The notes under the pieces are model-generated. The model worked only from the letters and a program-made list of their open reading frames with translations. It was not told the origin of the DNA and searched no databases. The translations under genes and the position numbers were made by a program. From Octopus sinensis (taxonomy: Eukaryota), in contig NC_042998.1 in the NCBI RefSeq assembly GCF_006345805.1, positions 144,088,001-144,152,000 of the forward strand: 64,000 bases of DNA, written 5' to 3'. Shown here in pieces: positions 26,635-39,978 of this stretch; within the stretch, counting starts at the first letter, position 1, and each line of letters opens with the position of its first letter.

Positions 26635-26820
26635 ATATGCATGTGTGTGTTTGTCCCCCTAGCATTGCTTGACAACCGATGCTGGTGTGCTTATGTCCCC
26701 GTTACTTAGCGGTTCGGCAAAAGAGACTGATAGAATAAGTACTGGGCTTACAAAAGAATAAAGGCGGTGCTCCAGCATGGCCGCAGTCAAATGACTGAAA
26801 CAAGTAAAAGAATAAAAGAA
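26412..26820 (+). mobile_element. tRNA-derived SINE family A, near full length
   Basis: Head gcgcaggagtggctgtgtggtaag...ggttcagtccc, internal (TA)n, tail gactgaaacaagtaaaag. Decayed copies at ~560-730, 1910-2150, 8520-8690, 11710-11880, 14975-15120, 17240-17670, 24680-24960, 25703-26405, 28680-29060, 30880-31265, 32510-32900, 33110-33300, 48640-48860, 56800-56960, 60360-60660 and 63600-64000. Confidence 0.9.
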
Positions 26821-27688
26821 TATGCATGGCTGAGGGTTGACAACAGGAAGGGTATGGAACTATAGAAAAGCTGTCTCAAACAAATTCCATCAGCTTGGAA
26901 AAGTGGACATTAAATGATTATATAAAAATCAGCAATTCATTACATAAGCAAAATGACTGCCACACACATACACACACATACATACATACATATATATATA
27001 TATAATATATATATATATGTTATTATGTGTTATTTTCAACAACTTGTAAAATGTTGTCTGGGCAGTTAGATCAATCACATGACCTCGATGTGTGACTATA
27101 ATTTAACCTGAAAATGAACAGTAAATTAGCTGTGTTGTATGTAAGGTTTGATTGAACTCAACCTATACAGGTGAGAAATCTCATAGGACCTCATCAAATA
27201 TCATCAACACATTATAAGCTGAACTTGGCAATCTACTCAAGCAACTCCAATGTTTATCTCCTCTCCCATCTCTTTAACATGCTTTCCATTCCTTCCTCTG
27301 ATCCATCCATCGAAATGTAAGAGACACATTAATACAAGTAGATATAATATTCAAACAAACAAATTTAAACAGATCCTAAAGAAATTTTAAGAAATATTAT
27401 AAAATATTTGTTTATGAAAATACATTTAACATCACCATTTATGATAGGTAGATAGATAGATAGATAGATAATTACTAATAATTTTAATAATCAGATGTTA
27501 AGAGTTATTCTGTAACTTACACACACACACACACACGCATATATGAACTATAACCTAACAAAGGTAAAGTGTTTATATATATATATACATGAGGGGGTTA
27601 CTGAAAATTTCTTGACTTTAAGGGTATCGCAAAAGGCCTGGTTGGAGGCCCAACCTTCCAAGTTTTTTTACAGGGCTTAGAAAAATTG

Positions 27689-28310
27689 CCCTGAATGTTT
27701 GGATGCTAACCCCAATGATACATGTGATGCTCAACAACAGCTACACTGGTAGAAAACTTTTCAAAACTTCGTGGCAATGCTACCAGTCAATGGCCAAGAT
27801 ATCAAGCTGAATCCCTTCATTAATTACCTATCACCAAAAGTGTTTGAACATGTAGCTGATGTGTCTACTATACATGATACTGCTATAAATGCTCTGCAGG
27901 CTATATACATCAGTGCAAAGGATAAAGTAAATGTGTAGCATGCTTTGGTTACTCATCAGCAAGATTTTAATAAATCACTAGACCTGTGGCGCTCAACCAG
28001 GATCCATATAAGATTTTTGGGGGTCCACACAACAAAATAGTAAATTGGCGATCCTCAGTAGTATTTTAAGGGTCCCTGAAAAAATTTTGCTTTAGATGTA
28101 TGTATTGATATGTACTGCAAAAAACAGGCTTCTTTCTCTAACATTTTACAATAGTTCAACCAAAATAGTTATTTTAGAAGACATTCTATGAAACTAATTT
28201 TTAAACATAGAATGGCTATGGGGGTCCACCAGAATAAAATAGTCATGAAAAGGATTCCCAGCTAAAAAATTGTTAAGAACCCCTGCACTAGACAAATATT
28301 TACAAACATT
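27689..28310 (+). mobile_element. Gypsy-type LTR retrotransposon gag relic, split by a hAT MITE
   Basis: PECLDANPN...LHW*KTFQNF...INYLSPKVFEHVAD...AINALQAIY...HALVTHQQDFNKSLD[MITE]KYLQTL resembles Gypsy gag N-termini (from recall). Confidence 0.65.
27984..28285. mobile_element. hAT-type MITE, 302 bp, 8-bp TSD cactagac
   Basis: TSD at 27976-27983 and 28286-28293; ends ctgtggcgctcaacc / gttaagaacccctg. Confidence 0.88.
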
Positions 28311-29919
28311 AGACATCTATAAGATCATCATTTTAATATCCACTTTCCTGTGATTGCCTAGATTAGTCAAAATTCATCAAGGCAAAATTTCTACAGGTTC
28401 TTCTTGTCACCACTCACATGTTAAGTAATATTTCCACTCGTCCTTCAAAAATGAGCAGTGTGGATGGTTGGACAGGGTTCTATGGAAGATTGCAAACAAA
28501 TGACATTATTTGTGTGATGTTTACAATTAGTATGTGATATCAAAACAAAGGAAGCCATACACACATATAATACATCATTATCACTTTGACATCCACTTTT
28601 CAATGCTTGTATAGGTCAGAATTTGTTTGGTGGATTTTCTATAGTTGGATGCCCCTCCTGTTACCAACTCTCACTTGTTTCATTGTAATTCTTTTATTCT
28701 TTTACTTGTTTCAGTCATTTGACTGTAGCCATGCTGATGCACTGCCTCAGAGGGTTTTAGTCAAACAAGTCAACCCCAGGATTTATTTTTTTACAGAACC
28801 CAGTACTTATTCTATCGGTCTCTTTTGCCAAGCCACCAAGTTAGGGGACAAAAGCACACCAACACCAGTTGTCAAGTGGTGGTGGGAGGAACAAACAGTC
28901 ATATAGATATAAATATTAATATATACAAAGGGCTTCTTTCAGTTTTCAACTACCAAATCACTCACCAGACTTTGGTTGGCCCTAGGCTACAGCAGAAGAC
29001 ACTTGCATAAAGTACCATGCAGTGGGATTGAACCTGGAACCATATGGTTAGGAATGAAGACCACCACTTACATGGTGACACTTGTTTACAACTATCACTC
29101 AAAGTAAAAGCAATGTGACAGTAACACATACATATACACAACAGGCTTCTTTCAGTTTCTGTCTACCAAATACACTTCCAAAGTTTTGGTCAGGCAAGGA
29201 TTATAACTGAAGACAGTTGCCTAATATAACAGACACACAGTGGGATTGAACCCAAAACAACATGGGTGGAACCCAAACTTCTTAACTTCACAGCCATGTC
29301 TACACGCATTCAAGTACAACTACTTCTAAGCAGGGAAATACTAAGAGAGAGAGTACAGAGGAAGAGTAAGCAATTCAACAACAGAAATGGGTGAGTGAGT
29401 ACAAGTCAAAGAAACAACTTGAGAAACAGGAGAAGCAACTGGAGAATTTCAAAATAGTATGTTCCATTTAGTGTGGCATAATTAACGTCTGGGTATTTAT
29501 GTACAAGATAGCATACATATTGTGTGTGCAATAAATAGGATGTAGAATACATTCACATGCAACCAATAACCAAGTGTAACCTTTGGTTAATATATGCATC
29601 TATACACACATACATACATCATACGCATACATATCTATACACACACACACACGCACATGCATATATTCATACACAAACATACGCACTTCTGCTGAATTGT
29701 TTAAATAATAGATATCAAATAAATACCAATTCCATTGTTTGGCTCATAGAAGTCACCTGCTGGTCAGTTAGGATGACATGTAGGTCAACAAATTCATCCA
29801 CATTAAATATATATGTCCGAGATGCAATCTTTGGACACACTGGATCTTGTCAAACTGTACAACCTATGCCCACATGGAACACAGACATTACATGATGATA
29901 ATGGTGACATTTATATACA

Positions 29920-30379
29920 TCTATTATATAAAATCTGTTCTGTCTGTGTGTGTGTGTGTGTGTCTTCTAGGATCTCGGGCATCCTCCATCCAATTGCGCT
30001 CAAATTTGATATTTAGATACCGACAGTATCAGAGTATGTATAAGTCTTGACAAAATTACAAAAATCAATTCCAGGTGAGAATGCGATCGATAAAGCCATG
30101 GGTACATGCATTTGTATGCACAAGTACATCAGCTGTTGCGATGTACTTACTTGTACTTTAAACTCTTCGGTTGTATATTTGTGTGAATAAAATCGTTTTT
30201 CTTTGGAATAGAAAAAAATCTATCTTTATTTCTTCTTTTGCTGGTGTCTCAAATTTAGGTTAAATCAGTGTTTCTCAAAGGGGAGGCCTATGGGACGGTC
30301 GGACAAGTTGTTTTGTGAAAATTTGGTTTAAATATTTGACAACTCAGCACCGTCCATTGGACGGGGGGCGTTTTGCTCG
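29920..30379 (+). mobile_element. Non-autonomous Helitron-like element
   Basis: A|TCtattatataaaatctg start, (TG)n, 3' hairpin ccgtcca-t-tggacgg (30350-30364), ends CTCG|T. Confidence 0.7.
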
Positions 30380-32173
30380 TTTATATATATGGAGACCAGA
30401 AAACACACTTGTGTTTCAGGTACAGAGCCTTTAGTACTCACAAAACTAGCCACTCATGTTCAAAGGCTTAAATATACGCAAAATAAGGTATCAAATTATA
30501 AACAATATTTAATATTATTTAATATTTCATTCTTAGGTAAGGTGAAAAGCTGGCAGAATCATTAGCACATTGAGCAAAATACTTAGCGGCATTTTATCTG
30601 ACTTTGTGTTCTAAGTTCAAATTCCAGTGAAGTTAACTTCACCTTTCCTCCCTTTCATGATCAATAAAATAACTATCAATTGTACAATGTTGTTGATGTA
30701 CCAAAATTTGAAAATAATATTTTTAGGAAATATATTTTCCAATAAGTCTATAGAGTCAATTAACTTTACTTAAACATTATATAATACAAATGTTCATTTG
30801 TCAAAATAAACTGTGACCTCTAACCTTTTGCTCTATCAACCAAAAGGTTAAAGGTCACATCCAGTCAATAGTAATTCTTTTATTTATTTACTTGTCTCAG
30901 TCATTTTTCACTGCAGCCATGCTGGAGCACTACTTTAAAGGGCTTTTTAGTGAAAGAAATTGATCCTATGACATTCTTTGTAAGCCTAGTATTTATTCTA
31001 TCAGTTTCTTTTGCCAAACTACTACATTACAGGGATGTAAACACACCAACATCAGTTGTCAAGCAATGGTGGGAGAACAAACACAGACACAAAGAGACAC
31101 ATACACACACATGGCAGGCTTCTTTTAGTTTCAATCTACCAAATCCATTCACAAGGCTTTGGTCAGCCTGAGGCTATAAAAGAAACTTGCCCAAGATGCC
31201 ACGCAGTGGGACTGAATCCAGAACCAATGTGGTTGGGAAGCAAGCTTCTTACTATACAGCCATGGCTGTATCTATATCATAGCTACGCCTGTGCACCAAA
31301 TCTGTAAGCAGTTATTCACCAATGTAAGTAGTAAAAAAACACTATAATTGATGTTATAGTTAAGTACACACCCTTATACTGGCTTGGAGAAAGCTACAGT
31401 AAACCATTTGTCTATAAAACTAATTGTCAAACCAAAATCACCCCAGAACTGGAATATATTTACACTTTTGAAAACAAGGAATAAATACTGGTGAAACATA
31501 AAAAGCAGCAATCCGGTGCAATCACAACAAATCTATTGTATGTACTATTGTAAAGTTCAGCTGTCCAGCAGATGTGAATGTCTGATGTATTGTTATGGCA
31601 GAAGAGAACATCCATGGTGTACTAATGTGAAACCTATAGCTCTTGTATCCAAACCAAAAGCAAAGTAAATCAACTTGCATCCCTCAAGTTCTATCAATTA
31701 CTAGTTCAGCAAAGACTTGTAAAAACAGGTCTAAAACTCCTTCAAATATTGGTCGAAGTCTTCAGTAAAGTTGCAACATTATAATTTACAGGAGTTTGTT
31801 TACAAGGCATTAAGTACTTATCAAAGGAGCAAAGAGAGAGTTGATTTACTTAAAACATCTTTAACCTTTTTGTTACGAAATTTCTGTAGACATACACTGC
31901 CTTTGTTTAAAATAGTTGTTAATCATCCTCATCATGGTCATTTAAAGTCTGCCTTCTGTGCTAGCGTAGGTTGGACAGTTTGACAGGAGCTGGCCAGGCA
32001 GGCACCTGCACCAGACTTCTGAGTCTATTTTGGTATGGTTTTTACAACTAGATGTCCTTCCGAACACCAACCACCCAGAAGAGTGGAGTAAAATAGCTGC
32101 ATTATTAAACCAGTGTTTAGACCATAAATTAACATGATATTTTGATGGAAGGTTTTAATTTGGATCACTTTAA

Positions 32174-32390
32174 CCCTTTAGCATTTAAACTGGTCATATC
32201 TACCCCAAATATTCTGTTTTAAGTTCAAACTGGCCAGATCTGACCCCTCACACTTACCCTATAAAGTCATACTAAAAAGTAAAAAGTCACATCACTGAAA
32301 TCTCATAATTATGAGATACTGTATGATTAATTCAAAATAATGTGAATAAATAAGCATTACACTTGACTGAGTAATCTGAATACTAGAGGG
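32174..32390. mobile_element. piggyBac-like (TTAA-flanked) MITE
   Basis: TTAA|ccctttagcatt ... aatactagaggg|TTAA. Other copies at ~2170-2400 and 9443-10279 (split). A second TTAA family (cccttttgat...aaaaggg) lies at 9188-9390, ~3627-3805 and ~20575-20785. Confidence 0.8.
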
Positions 32391-34652
32391 TTAAAACGGA
32401 AAATTTATATTACCAAACCAAGGGCAATCTCAGGCAGGTGGACATGAAAAGTGTTAATATCTTGTAATGTGTTCTGCCAGCTCACACACACCATGCCTTA
32501 TAGGTGCTAGTGTGGCCATATGGTGAAGGAGTTTGCTTCTCAACCACATGGTTTCAGGTTCAATACCACAATATGGCACCTTAGGCAAGTATCTTCAACT
32601 ATAGTCTTGTGCTGCCCGTTTGGTAGGCAGATACTAAAAGAAGCCTATTGACTATGTGTATGAATGTAAATATTGGTGTAGGTGCATGAATACGTTTGTG
32701 TCTCGTTATCTTGACATTACATAATAGTTGTCAATGAATATCGCTATCATACAAGCAGTGTCATTCACTTACAATATTCTGACAGAGAAATATTACCTAG
32801 CTTGAAAACTGGTGACAAGAAGGACATCAAACTAGAGAACATCTGCTTCAAAATACTCCATCTGATCCATGCAAGAATGGAAAAGTGCACATGAAAACGA
32901 TGATGAAATAGTAGTTTTCAATTAATAATCTCAAATGTACTTCAAATAATTTAGCAACATCACAGGCAAAAAACTTTGGTTGAAGCTGAGAGATTTTAAT
33001 ACAAGAGACTGATATTGTAAAGTTAACTTCATAACATCAGCACTGACTTACAGAAGATAACTGAACATTTTTAGCTTGTTGTTTATAGTTAGTACATACT
33101 TTTAAAATAGATACAAACAAGGCTTTGTGGTTAAGAAGTTTACTTCCCATCTACATAGCTTCAGATTCAGTCCCAATGCAGAGCACCATGGACAAGTGTC
33201 TTCTAATAAAGTTTGGGCCAACCAAAGCTTGTGAGTGGATTTTGTAGGCAGAAACTCAAAGTCTGTCATGTGTATATGTGAGTGCACCAAAAGTAATCAT
33301 GTCTCCTTGTCTGGGTTTCACATGACAGTTAAATGATGATGAGTGTCAGAAGATGAGCAGCAAAAATATGCTCATAAATTTTGTGGATGCTGCCACACTG
33401 GTGAGATTGATGCAACCTTGATATTTAGCTTGAACATATACAGATCAATGCTGTAGAAAAAGAAAAAATAGTGGGAAGGAACTTAATCCAAATTTGATCA
33501 TAACCAGACTTTATTACATTCACTCTAACACTTTTCTATGCCAGCTCATTAGCAACTATTTCCTGTTATGTCACCAGTTAGAAGAAACTACTATTGCCAA
33601 ACAAATTGTATTAATTAATGTTGACAAAGTGCTTTTAATGTGGATAAAACCATGTTAAAATCACTCGTGCTAATGCCACATAAAGAGCAGCCAGTACACT
33701 CGGCAGAGTGGTTGGCATTAGGAAGGGTATCCAACCATATAAACCATGCTAGAACAGACGATGATACTCGATGCAGTCCCTGGCCTTGCCAGCTTTGTCA
33801 AACCATCCAAGCTGTACTAGCATGGAAAACATACATTAGAATGATGATGTAATTCCACAGCAAAGTGTTTATCAAAGTAAAACAACAGTTACACTAGGCA
33901 CCATACTTTCTGCTGGCTTTAATCAACTGAATAACCAAGTAAAACTAGTTGCATGGAAGACAATCAGAAAAGAAAGACTTCTCAACACAGGGAAGGTTAA
34001 AATAGCCTTGGTGACATGACCATTGGGTTGAGTCACATGACATTGTCATACAAAATGCATGCAACTCAACAAAAATAAAACACTGACACTACACTTTGTT
34101 CTAAAAGTACGTGTTTATGTTAAAAGCAGAAAAGATTTCCTTTTTCTTCATGCTGACTGCCACACTGTCACTGGAAATGTTCAGAGATGACTCCATTCTC
34201 AACTCCCAACAGAGAGTAAAGTCAAGTATCATCAATATCATTTAAATGTTCACTTTTCCATGCTTACATGGGTCCGATGGAATTTACTGATGTAAATCTA
34301 CAGCCAAGCCTTACCTGTTACCAAGCAAAGTAACATTTCCTCATCGTCAGATATGCTTTTCCAAAATACTGGAAATAAACAACATTCATTTACAACAATT
34401 ATGTGATGTGAAGACAAGGACACAAACAACTGCCACTATAATAACTCTGAAGTAAGCATTTGATGTTTCTTGGGTGAAGAAGCAGTAAAACTTCAGTAAC
34501 AAAGTGTGGGTGTTTTACAAACTTCATGTGTTGAGTGTGGAAATAGTGCAAAGGTGCAATGAAAATTTAAGGCACCATTCTTATGCAACAAACTAGTTAT
34601 TTGTGCAGTCCATCTGATTATATTAACAAAAACGGTCATTTATAAATATGCA

Positions 34653-34690
<38 letters not shown>

Positions 34691-34776
34691 CATACACACA
34701 CACACATCTTACATAAAAACACTTCCATATTCACACATATATATAACCCTATTCTGTATGTGTATATAAACATATA

Positions 34777-36006
34777 CAGGATGCGATGGGTAAATTGTCA
34801 CCATTTTATATTTTTAATTTTGTCAAGTACACAGTACAGTAGAGTTGTGGAGGCGCAATGGCCCAGTGGTTAGGGCAGCGGACTCGCGGTCATAGGATCG
34901 CGGTTTTGATTCCCAGACCGGGCGTTGTGAGTGTTTATTGAGTGAAAACACCTAAAAGCTCCACGAGGCTCCGGCAGGGGATGGTGGTGATCCCTGCTGT
35001 ACTCTTTCACCACAACTTTCTCTCACTCTTACTTCCTGTTTCTGTTGTACCTGTATTTCAAGGGGCCAGCCTTGTCACTCTCTGTGTCATGCTGAATATC
35101 CCCGAGAACTACGTTAAGGGTACACGTGTCTGTGGAGTGCTCAGCCACTTACACGTTAATTTCACAAGCAAGCTGTTCCGTTGATTCAGATCAACCGGAA
35201 CCCTCATCATCGTAACCGACGGAGTGCTATGGAACAGTAGAGTCAGTTGGGCACTGTCTATGATAAAAACAGCACCGTGATACAATTCACTTTGCCACAA
35301 ATTTGGAAACAACATACTGTACTGCTTGGCATTTGCACTGGAAGCTCTTTTACAAACATTTCAGAGTGTTTGGGTGTCAATCTGAGGACACCTAGAGTGA
35401 TAAAAATCAAACATCCCATCAACATCATGGTGTTTGGAGTGATCACCAGTGATGGTGACGTTATACCTCCAATCATCTTCCCACACAGCCTCACACTCAA
35501 TACAGAAGCCTACACGAAATGCCTGGAGGAGGTAGTGCTGCCCTGGGTCAAGAGGGTGGCTACTGGAAGACCCTATGTCTGGCAACAGGACTCTGCACCA
35601 TTCCACACAAGCAGGAGACCCCAGTCATAGTTGTCAGACAATTTCTGCGACTACATAACCCCTAACATCTAATCACCTAACTCTCCAGACTACAACCCGC
35701 TTCATTATTATGTGTGGGATGTAGTTGAGCGAGAGACCAACAAAACTCCTTGTAACAATCAAAGATGAACAGAAGGCAAGGATTATGGCAGCATTCATCA
35801 ACTTAAACTAAGAGACCGTCCAGAAGAGATGCAGGAGATTCTGAAGTCGTCTGGAGGCCGTGGTTGAATCCAGTGGTGATTTTATTGAATAAATTTACTC
35901 TTTAGTTTTTCAAGATATTTTTACGTAATTTTGGTAAATATATCTGTTAAAAGGAGATGTCAGTGTCATTTTTGTATAATTTAGACAATATATTTACTGC
36001 ACCCTG
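34777..36006 (+). mobile_element. Decayed DD37D (maT) Tc1/mariner element interrupted by a SINE
   Basis: Remnant ...MVFGVITSDG...WQQDSAPFHTS...SPNSPDYNPLH: 37 residues between the second catalytic Asp and the mutated third Asp position. Degenerate termini cagga.../...ccctg. Confidence 0.8.
34846..35233 (+). mobile_element. Young tRNA-derived SINE with 10-bp TSD
   Basis: A box TGGCCCAGTGG and B-box-like GGTTTTGATTCCC; CpGs retained; TSD acagtagagt at 34836-34845 and 35234-35243. Confidence 0.88.
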
Positions 36007-36009
36007 TGC

Positions 36010-36042
<33 letters not shown>

Positions 36043-37603
36043 TACACGTGGTGCCCCAGCGTGGCCACAGCCTTGACTGAAACTAGTAACAAGTAAACTA
36101 TATATGTATATATACACACACACAGAGCCCTGAAATGTTTATAGTGTATCATATAGTTGTAGCATTTTATAACACACACATATACACCACATATGCAAGC
36201 ACTCGACTCTGGGTGAGCTGCTGCTTTTGATGTTGTTAGACTTTGGCATGTGATAAGAATGTAGGTAGCACCAACACGATCGGATTTCAACTGGAAGAGA
36301 AAACAAAACAAAACTTCACCAGGGTTTATCAATGTGTGCAATACAGACACGAATTTCGATCATTAAGGTATTCGGTTGTTTGTATTTCACTGGAAACGTC
36401 ATTAATGCCCTGTCGTAATTAATATAAAATCTGTTTCCTATTAACTTTCCGAGAGTGTATAGTTTTTAAAAGTAATTTTGCACATGAACGTTTTCAACGG
36501 TGTAAATTACGATTACGTTGATAAAGCTTAAGGAGGAAATCTGGTGGGGTTATGGATCATTCTTCCACTAACTTTGATTCTGTTATTGACGATTTTCATA
36601 ACTTTCACGTTTTTATTTGTTTTCGTTTTCCTGAGGTGGGGGAAGGTTTATGTTTGCAACATCAACAAAAGCTACACTCGAAAACGTTTCTCTGCTAAAT
36701 TTTGTTTACGCAAAGTCAAAGAGGGGGCGCTAAACTGTAGTTATGCCATTTTCCCTACTACTTAGTTATGAATAATAAACTTGTAGCTCAGCGGTGACGA
36801 TACGAGATTACACGTACACTACGTATGTTTACACACACATACTATTGATTAAACTTGCAAAATATGTCAGAACTTCAACATCTAATTGTTATTGTCATTT
36901 CTTTCAACAATTAAGAGTGGAATGAATACACACACACATTTACACACGTTACATATATATGTATATAGCCCCTATATTCACTCATTTAGTGGGCCAAGTT
37001 ATTGTGGAGTTTACATGAAAAGCTTCTCGACTAGAAACATGGCCTCCGCAAGTCACACTCAGAACAAATGTCATTTTTACAGGAAACATGACAACGGAAA
37101 AGGAAAAAAAGTGTTTCCGAACAATAGTTGATGGTGGAGGGGGAAATGGTTCTTTTTATTGTAGACCCAGAATGGTATTTGGCGTAAAATGTCCAATTAC
37201 TTTGTGTCAGTTCCAGTGGCGAGAAAACGGAAGCCTCATCTCTCGCTTGAGAAAAGATGTGAGGGAAGAGAAAGAGAGGGAAACAGATGGGGGGGAGGAT
37301 ATAAACCAGCTGCCAGACTTATTGGAGACATATTACGCACACACTTTATGAATAATACACACACATACACAATACACACGCATACATACATCTTTTATCT
37401 TTTACTAGTTTCAGCTCGAGCTGCGGTCCTGCTGGGGCACCGCGGTTTAATATATATATTATATATTACACACGCACACATGCATACATACATATTACAC
37501 ATGTATTTATTATACACACACATACATACGTGTGTGTATTCTGTGTTCGATAATGCTGGATGGAGAGAATGAATAGGTAAAAGAGGAAGGATAAACGACT
37601 CAC

Positions 37604-37689
37604 CTAGCGCCGAATATATCCTTTTTCGCGAGATTAACTCCAGCAATAATCTTTACATGAATTATCTGAGTAGTTCCAGGTACGTCGCT
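37604..37689 (-). CDS. NEDD4: Nedd4-family HECT E3 ubiquitin ligase, first C2-domain exon (86 nt, phase 0 in, phase 2 out)
   Basis: Minus strand: acceptor ttttttgtttgcag, then AGC GAC GTA ... GGC GCT AG, donor gtgagt. Translates [28 protein letters not shown](S). [10 protein letters not shown] is the Nedd4/Nedd4L C2 signature (human NEDD4L from memory: [22 protein letters not shown]), and the phase-2 intron after GAS matches vertebrate gene structure as I recall it. Confidence 0.95.
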
Positions 37690-38475
37690 CTGCAAACAAA
37701 AAAAAAACTAAATAATAACAACAACAATAGGCGGCACAAGGCCAGCAATTTTAAAGGGAAGCAGTTCGTCGATATCATCGACCCCAGAATTTGACTGATA
37801 CTGCGTTTTATCAAATCCAGAGGGAATAAAGGTAAATACTTCGGCTGGATTTGAACTCGGGACGTAAAGAGCAGCAACAAAAAATTGCAAACCATTATTT
37901 CCCCACCCCACAGCCAATAAAGTAGAGTGTAGGACGAGGACAATTTATAGAGATGTTTATAGAAAGATGGCACAGGAATTTAAAGGTTTCAATGTAGGAA
38001 CGTGAATGTTAGAGAACCAAATTCTATAAACTTCGAAACTTGACACATGTCGAAGGAACCACAAGAACAGTGGTAACAAGACAAATAACAGTCAACCATC
38101 AAAATTAAATTTGCAATATCTACAGATGCTTAAGAAGTGACAGATGAATGGAAAGAGGGAGAAAATTGTGGAAAAATCAATATAAATAATTTCTAATATG
38201 ACATTTTGAAGTTGTCATACATAATTTTTCCATGGTTAATTAAATGTTGCTGTTGTTTAAAGTTAAACTTTACATATATATTTTCTTTTATTATTATGAT
38301 TACCAGAAGAGGGAGGCCACAACATCTCTACGCCAAACACGTTATATAGTGTGGTACAGATATATAATGCATAAAAGGCGTTAACAGATGTGTTGGTTAT
38401 GTACTGTATGCATACATAGAAATGAATAAGGTGTGAAGTGGAAAAAAAAACTGCTGATTGTTCATGTTTACTTAC

Positions 38476-38517
38476 AGGGATTTCCTGCAAGCCGTATATT
38501 TCATTTTGGGCAGCCAT
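38476..38517 (-). CDS. NEDD4: Nedd4 canonical first coding exon MAAQNEIYGLQEIP
   Basis: ATG GCT GCC CAA ... ATC CCT followed by donor gtaagt; phase 0, in frame with 37689. Resembles vertebrate first exons (NEDD4L MATGLGEPVYGLSEDE, from memory). Preceded by a long CT-rich leader. Confidence 0.85.
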
Positions 38518-38589
38518 AAACAAGCGAAGTTAACAGTTAGACAGTCGTGAGATAGTGTGTGAGTTAGTTGTGATGGGAGGTGATAAATA

Positions 38590-39010
38590 GTAGCACTAAC
38601 AGAGAGGGAGAGTGAGAGAGAGGGAGAGCGACAAAGACAGCTATAGAAAGGAAGTGAGAGACAGAGAGAGAAAGAGTTATAGAAAGAGGGTGAGAAGACA
38701 GCTGTAGAAAGGAGGGGAGAGAGAAAGAGAGCATGACACACGCACACATACACAGAACTATAGAGATTAGATGAGAGAAAAACAGCTATAGAAAGAAGGT
38801 GAGAGAGGGAGATAGTTATAGAAAGGGGGTGAAAGAGAGGAAGAGCCATGAAAGAAAGGAGGCAGAGATAGAGGGAAGAATCTATAGAAAGATATTTACA
38901 GAAAGAGTAGGAAAAAGACAGCTTTGAAAATAGAAGACATATGTAAAGAGGGAGAAAGTTATAGAAAGGAAGGATGAAGGCAGAAAGAGAGGGAAAGGTT
39001 GTAGAAAGGG
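38590..39010. repeat. Purine-rich degenerate minisatellite in the putative Nedd4 5' leader
   Basis: Eight copies of T(A/G)TAGAAAG embedded in GA-rich units. Confidence 0.8.
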
Positions 39011-39978
39011 AGGTAGAGAGAAAAAGACAGGGCATTGAACTGACAGTGCGTGGAAGGGTAGAAGTGACAGTGTTCATATTGGTTATTATTAGGAGTAGCC
39101 AGCGTCATACAAGGAGTGTAAAAAGGAGTGTTATATATATACATATATATTTTTGTTTTTTTTAAAGTGTGGGTGATTGAGGTGGCATTTTTCTTACATA
39201 ACCATTCTATTATTCTAATGTACTTCTATTACATTTAATCTAATGCAAAATTAGTCATGAAACAAAAATTTAAATGTTATTTTACCAAAAAAATCTAAAT
39301 TTAGATTTAATTCATATACATAAAACTTTTTTGAAGATTAAAGACTATACATACACACACATTTATTTATTTACATCATACATACACACAACGTACAAAA
39401 ACATATGAGAGAGAAAATGACAAGTAAAACGTATGTATGCATCGTATATGTATTTATATACTAGCATTTTGGGGTGTATATGCATGCTTCAGTCTGTGTT
39501 GCTATTTCCTACACAGCGCGCACGTGCAAGTGAGTATACCCAAATACATATATTTATGCACTAACTTCAGCATCTTAGCCGCTTTGCTGAACACTCACAT
39601 ATATGTTAGTTAGTGAACACTATACATAATGTCATTCTAACTCTATCTCAGTATACACACTAGTTTTATCTGATGTAGCATAACGAACTGTAATCATAAA
39701 TTAGTGTCACTTGCCTGGACAAATGACAAGACAACAAGTAATAGTAGTAAAAACATAAAAGCTATGCTCCACTGAAGACAGGGTCGTTGAATGTGTGTGC
39801 GTGTGTTTGTGCTATGTTTACGACACAACAAATGCTGTCTGTTAATTCTCACAAGACCTAAGTGCAGTTAAAGCTCGGAAGGTAAAAGCCAGAACAGGAT
39901 GGTAGAAGACAGTGCGTCTGAGAGGTGTACACTGTTTTAGTAAAACAGCTAAATTTTGTCCATTCAAAATACACTCAC

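Noticed and set aside
33330-33450. Strong minus-strand acceptors here and at ~36290 and ~920
   Set aside because: Downstream frames reach stops or lack matching donors; likely decoy sites.
1-37603. Next C2 exon (DPYV...TIKK)
   Set aside because: Searched by eye for the RTA-NGG-RTC-R-CT pattern. Near-hits at ~22670 and ~36555 lack DPY coding or hit stops, so the exon is presumed outside the window; I may have missed it.
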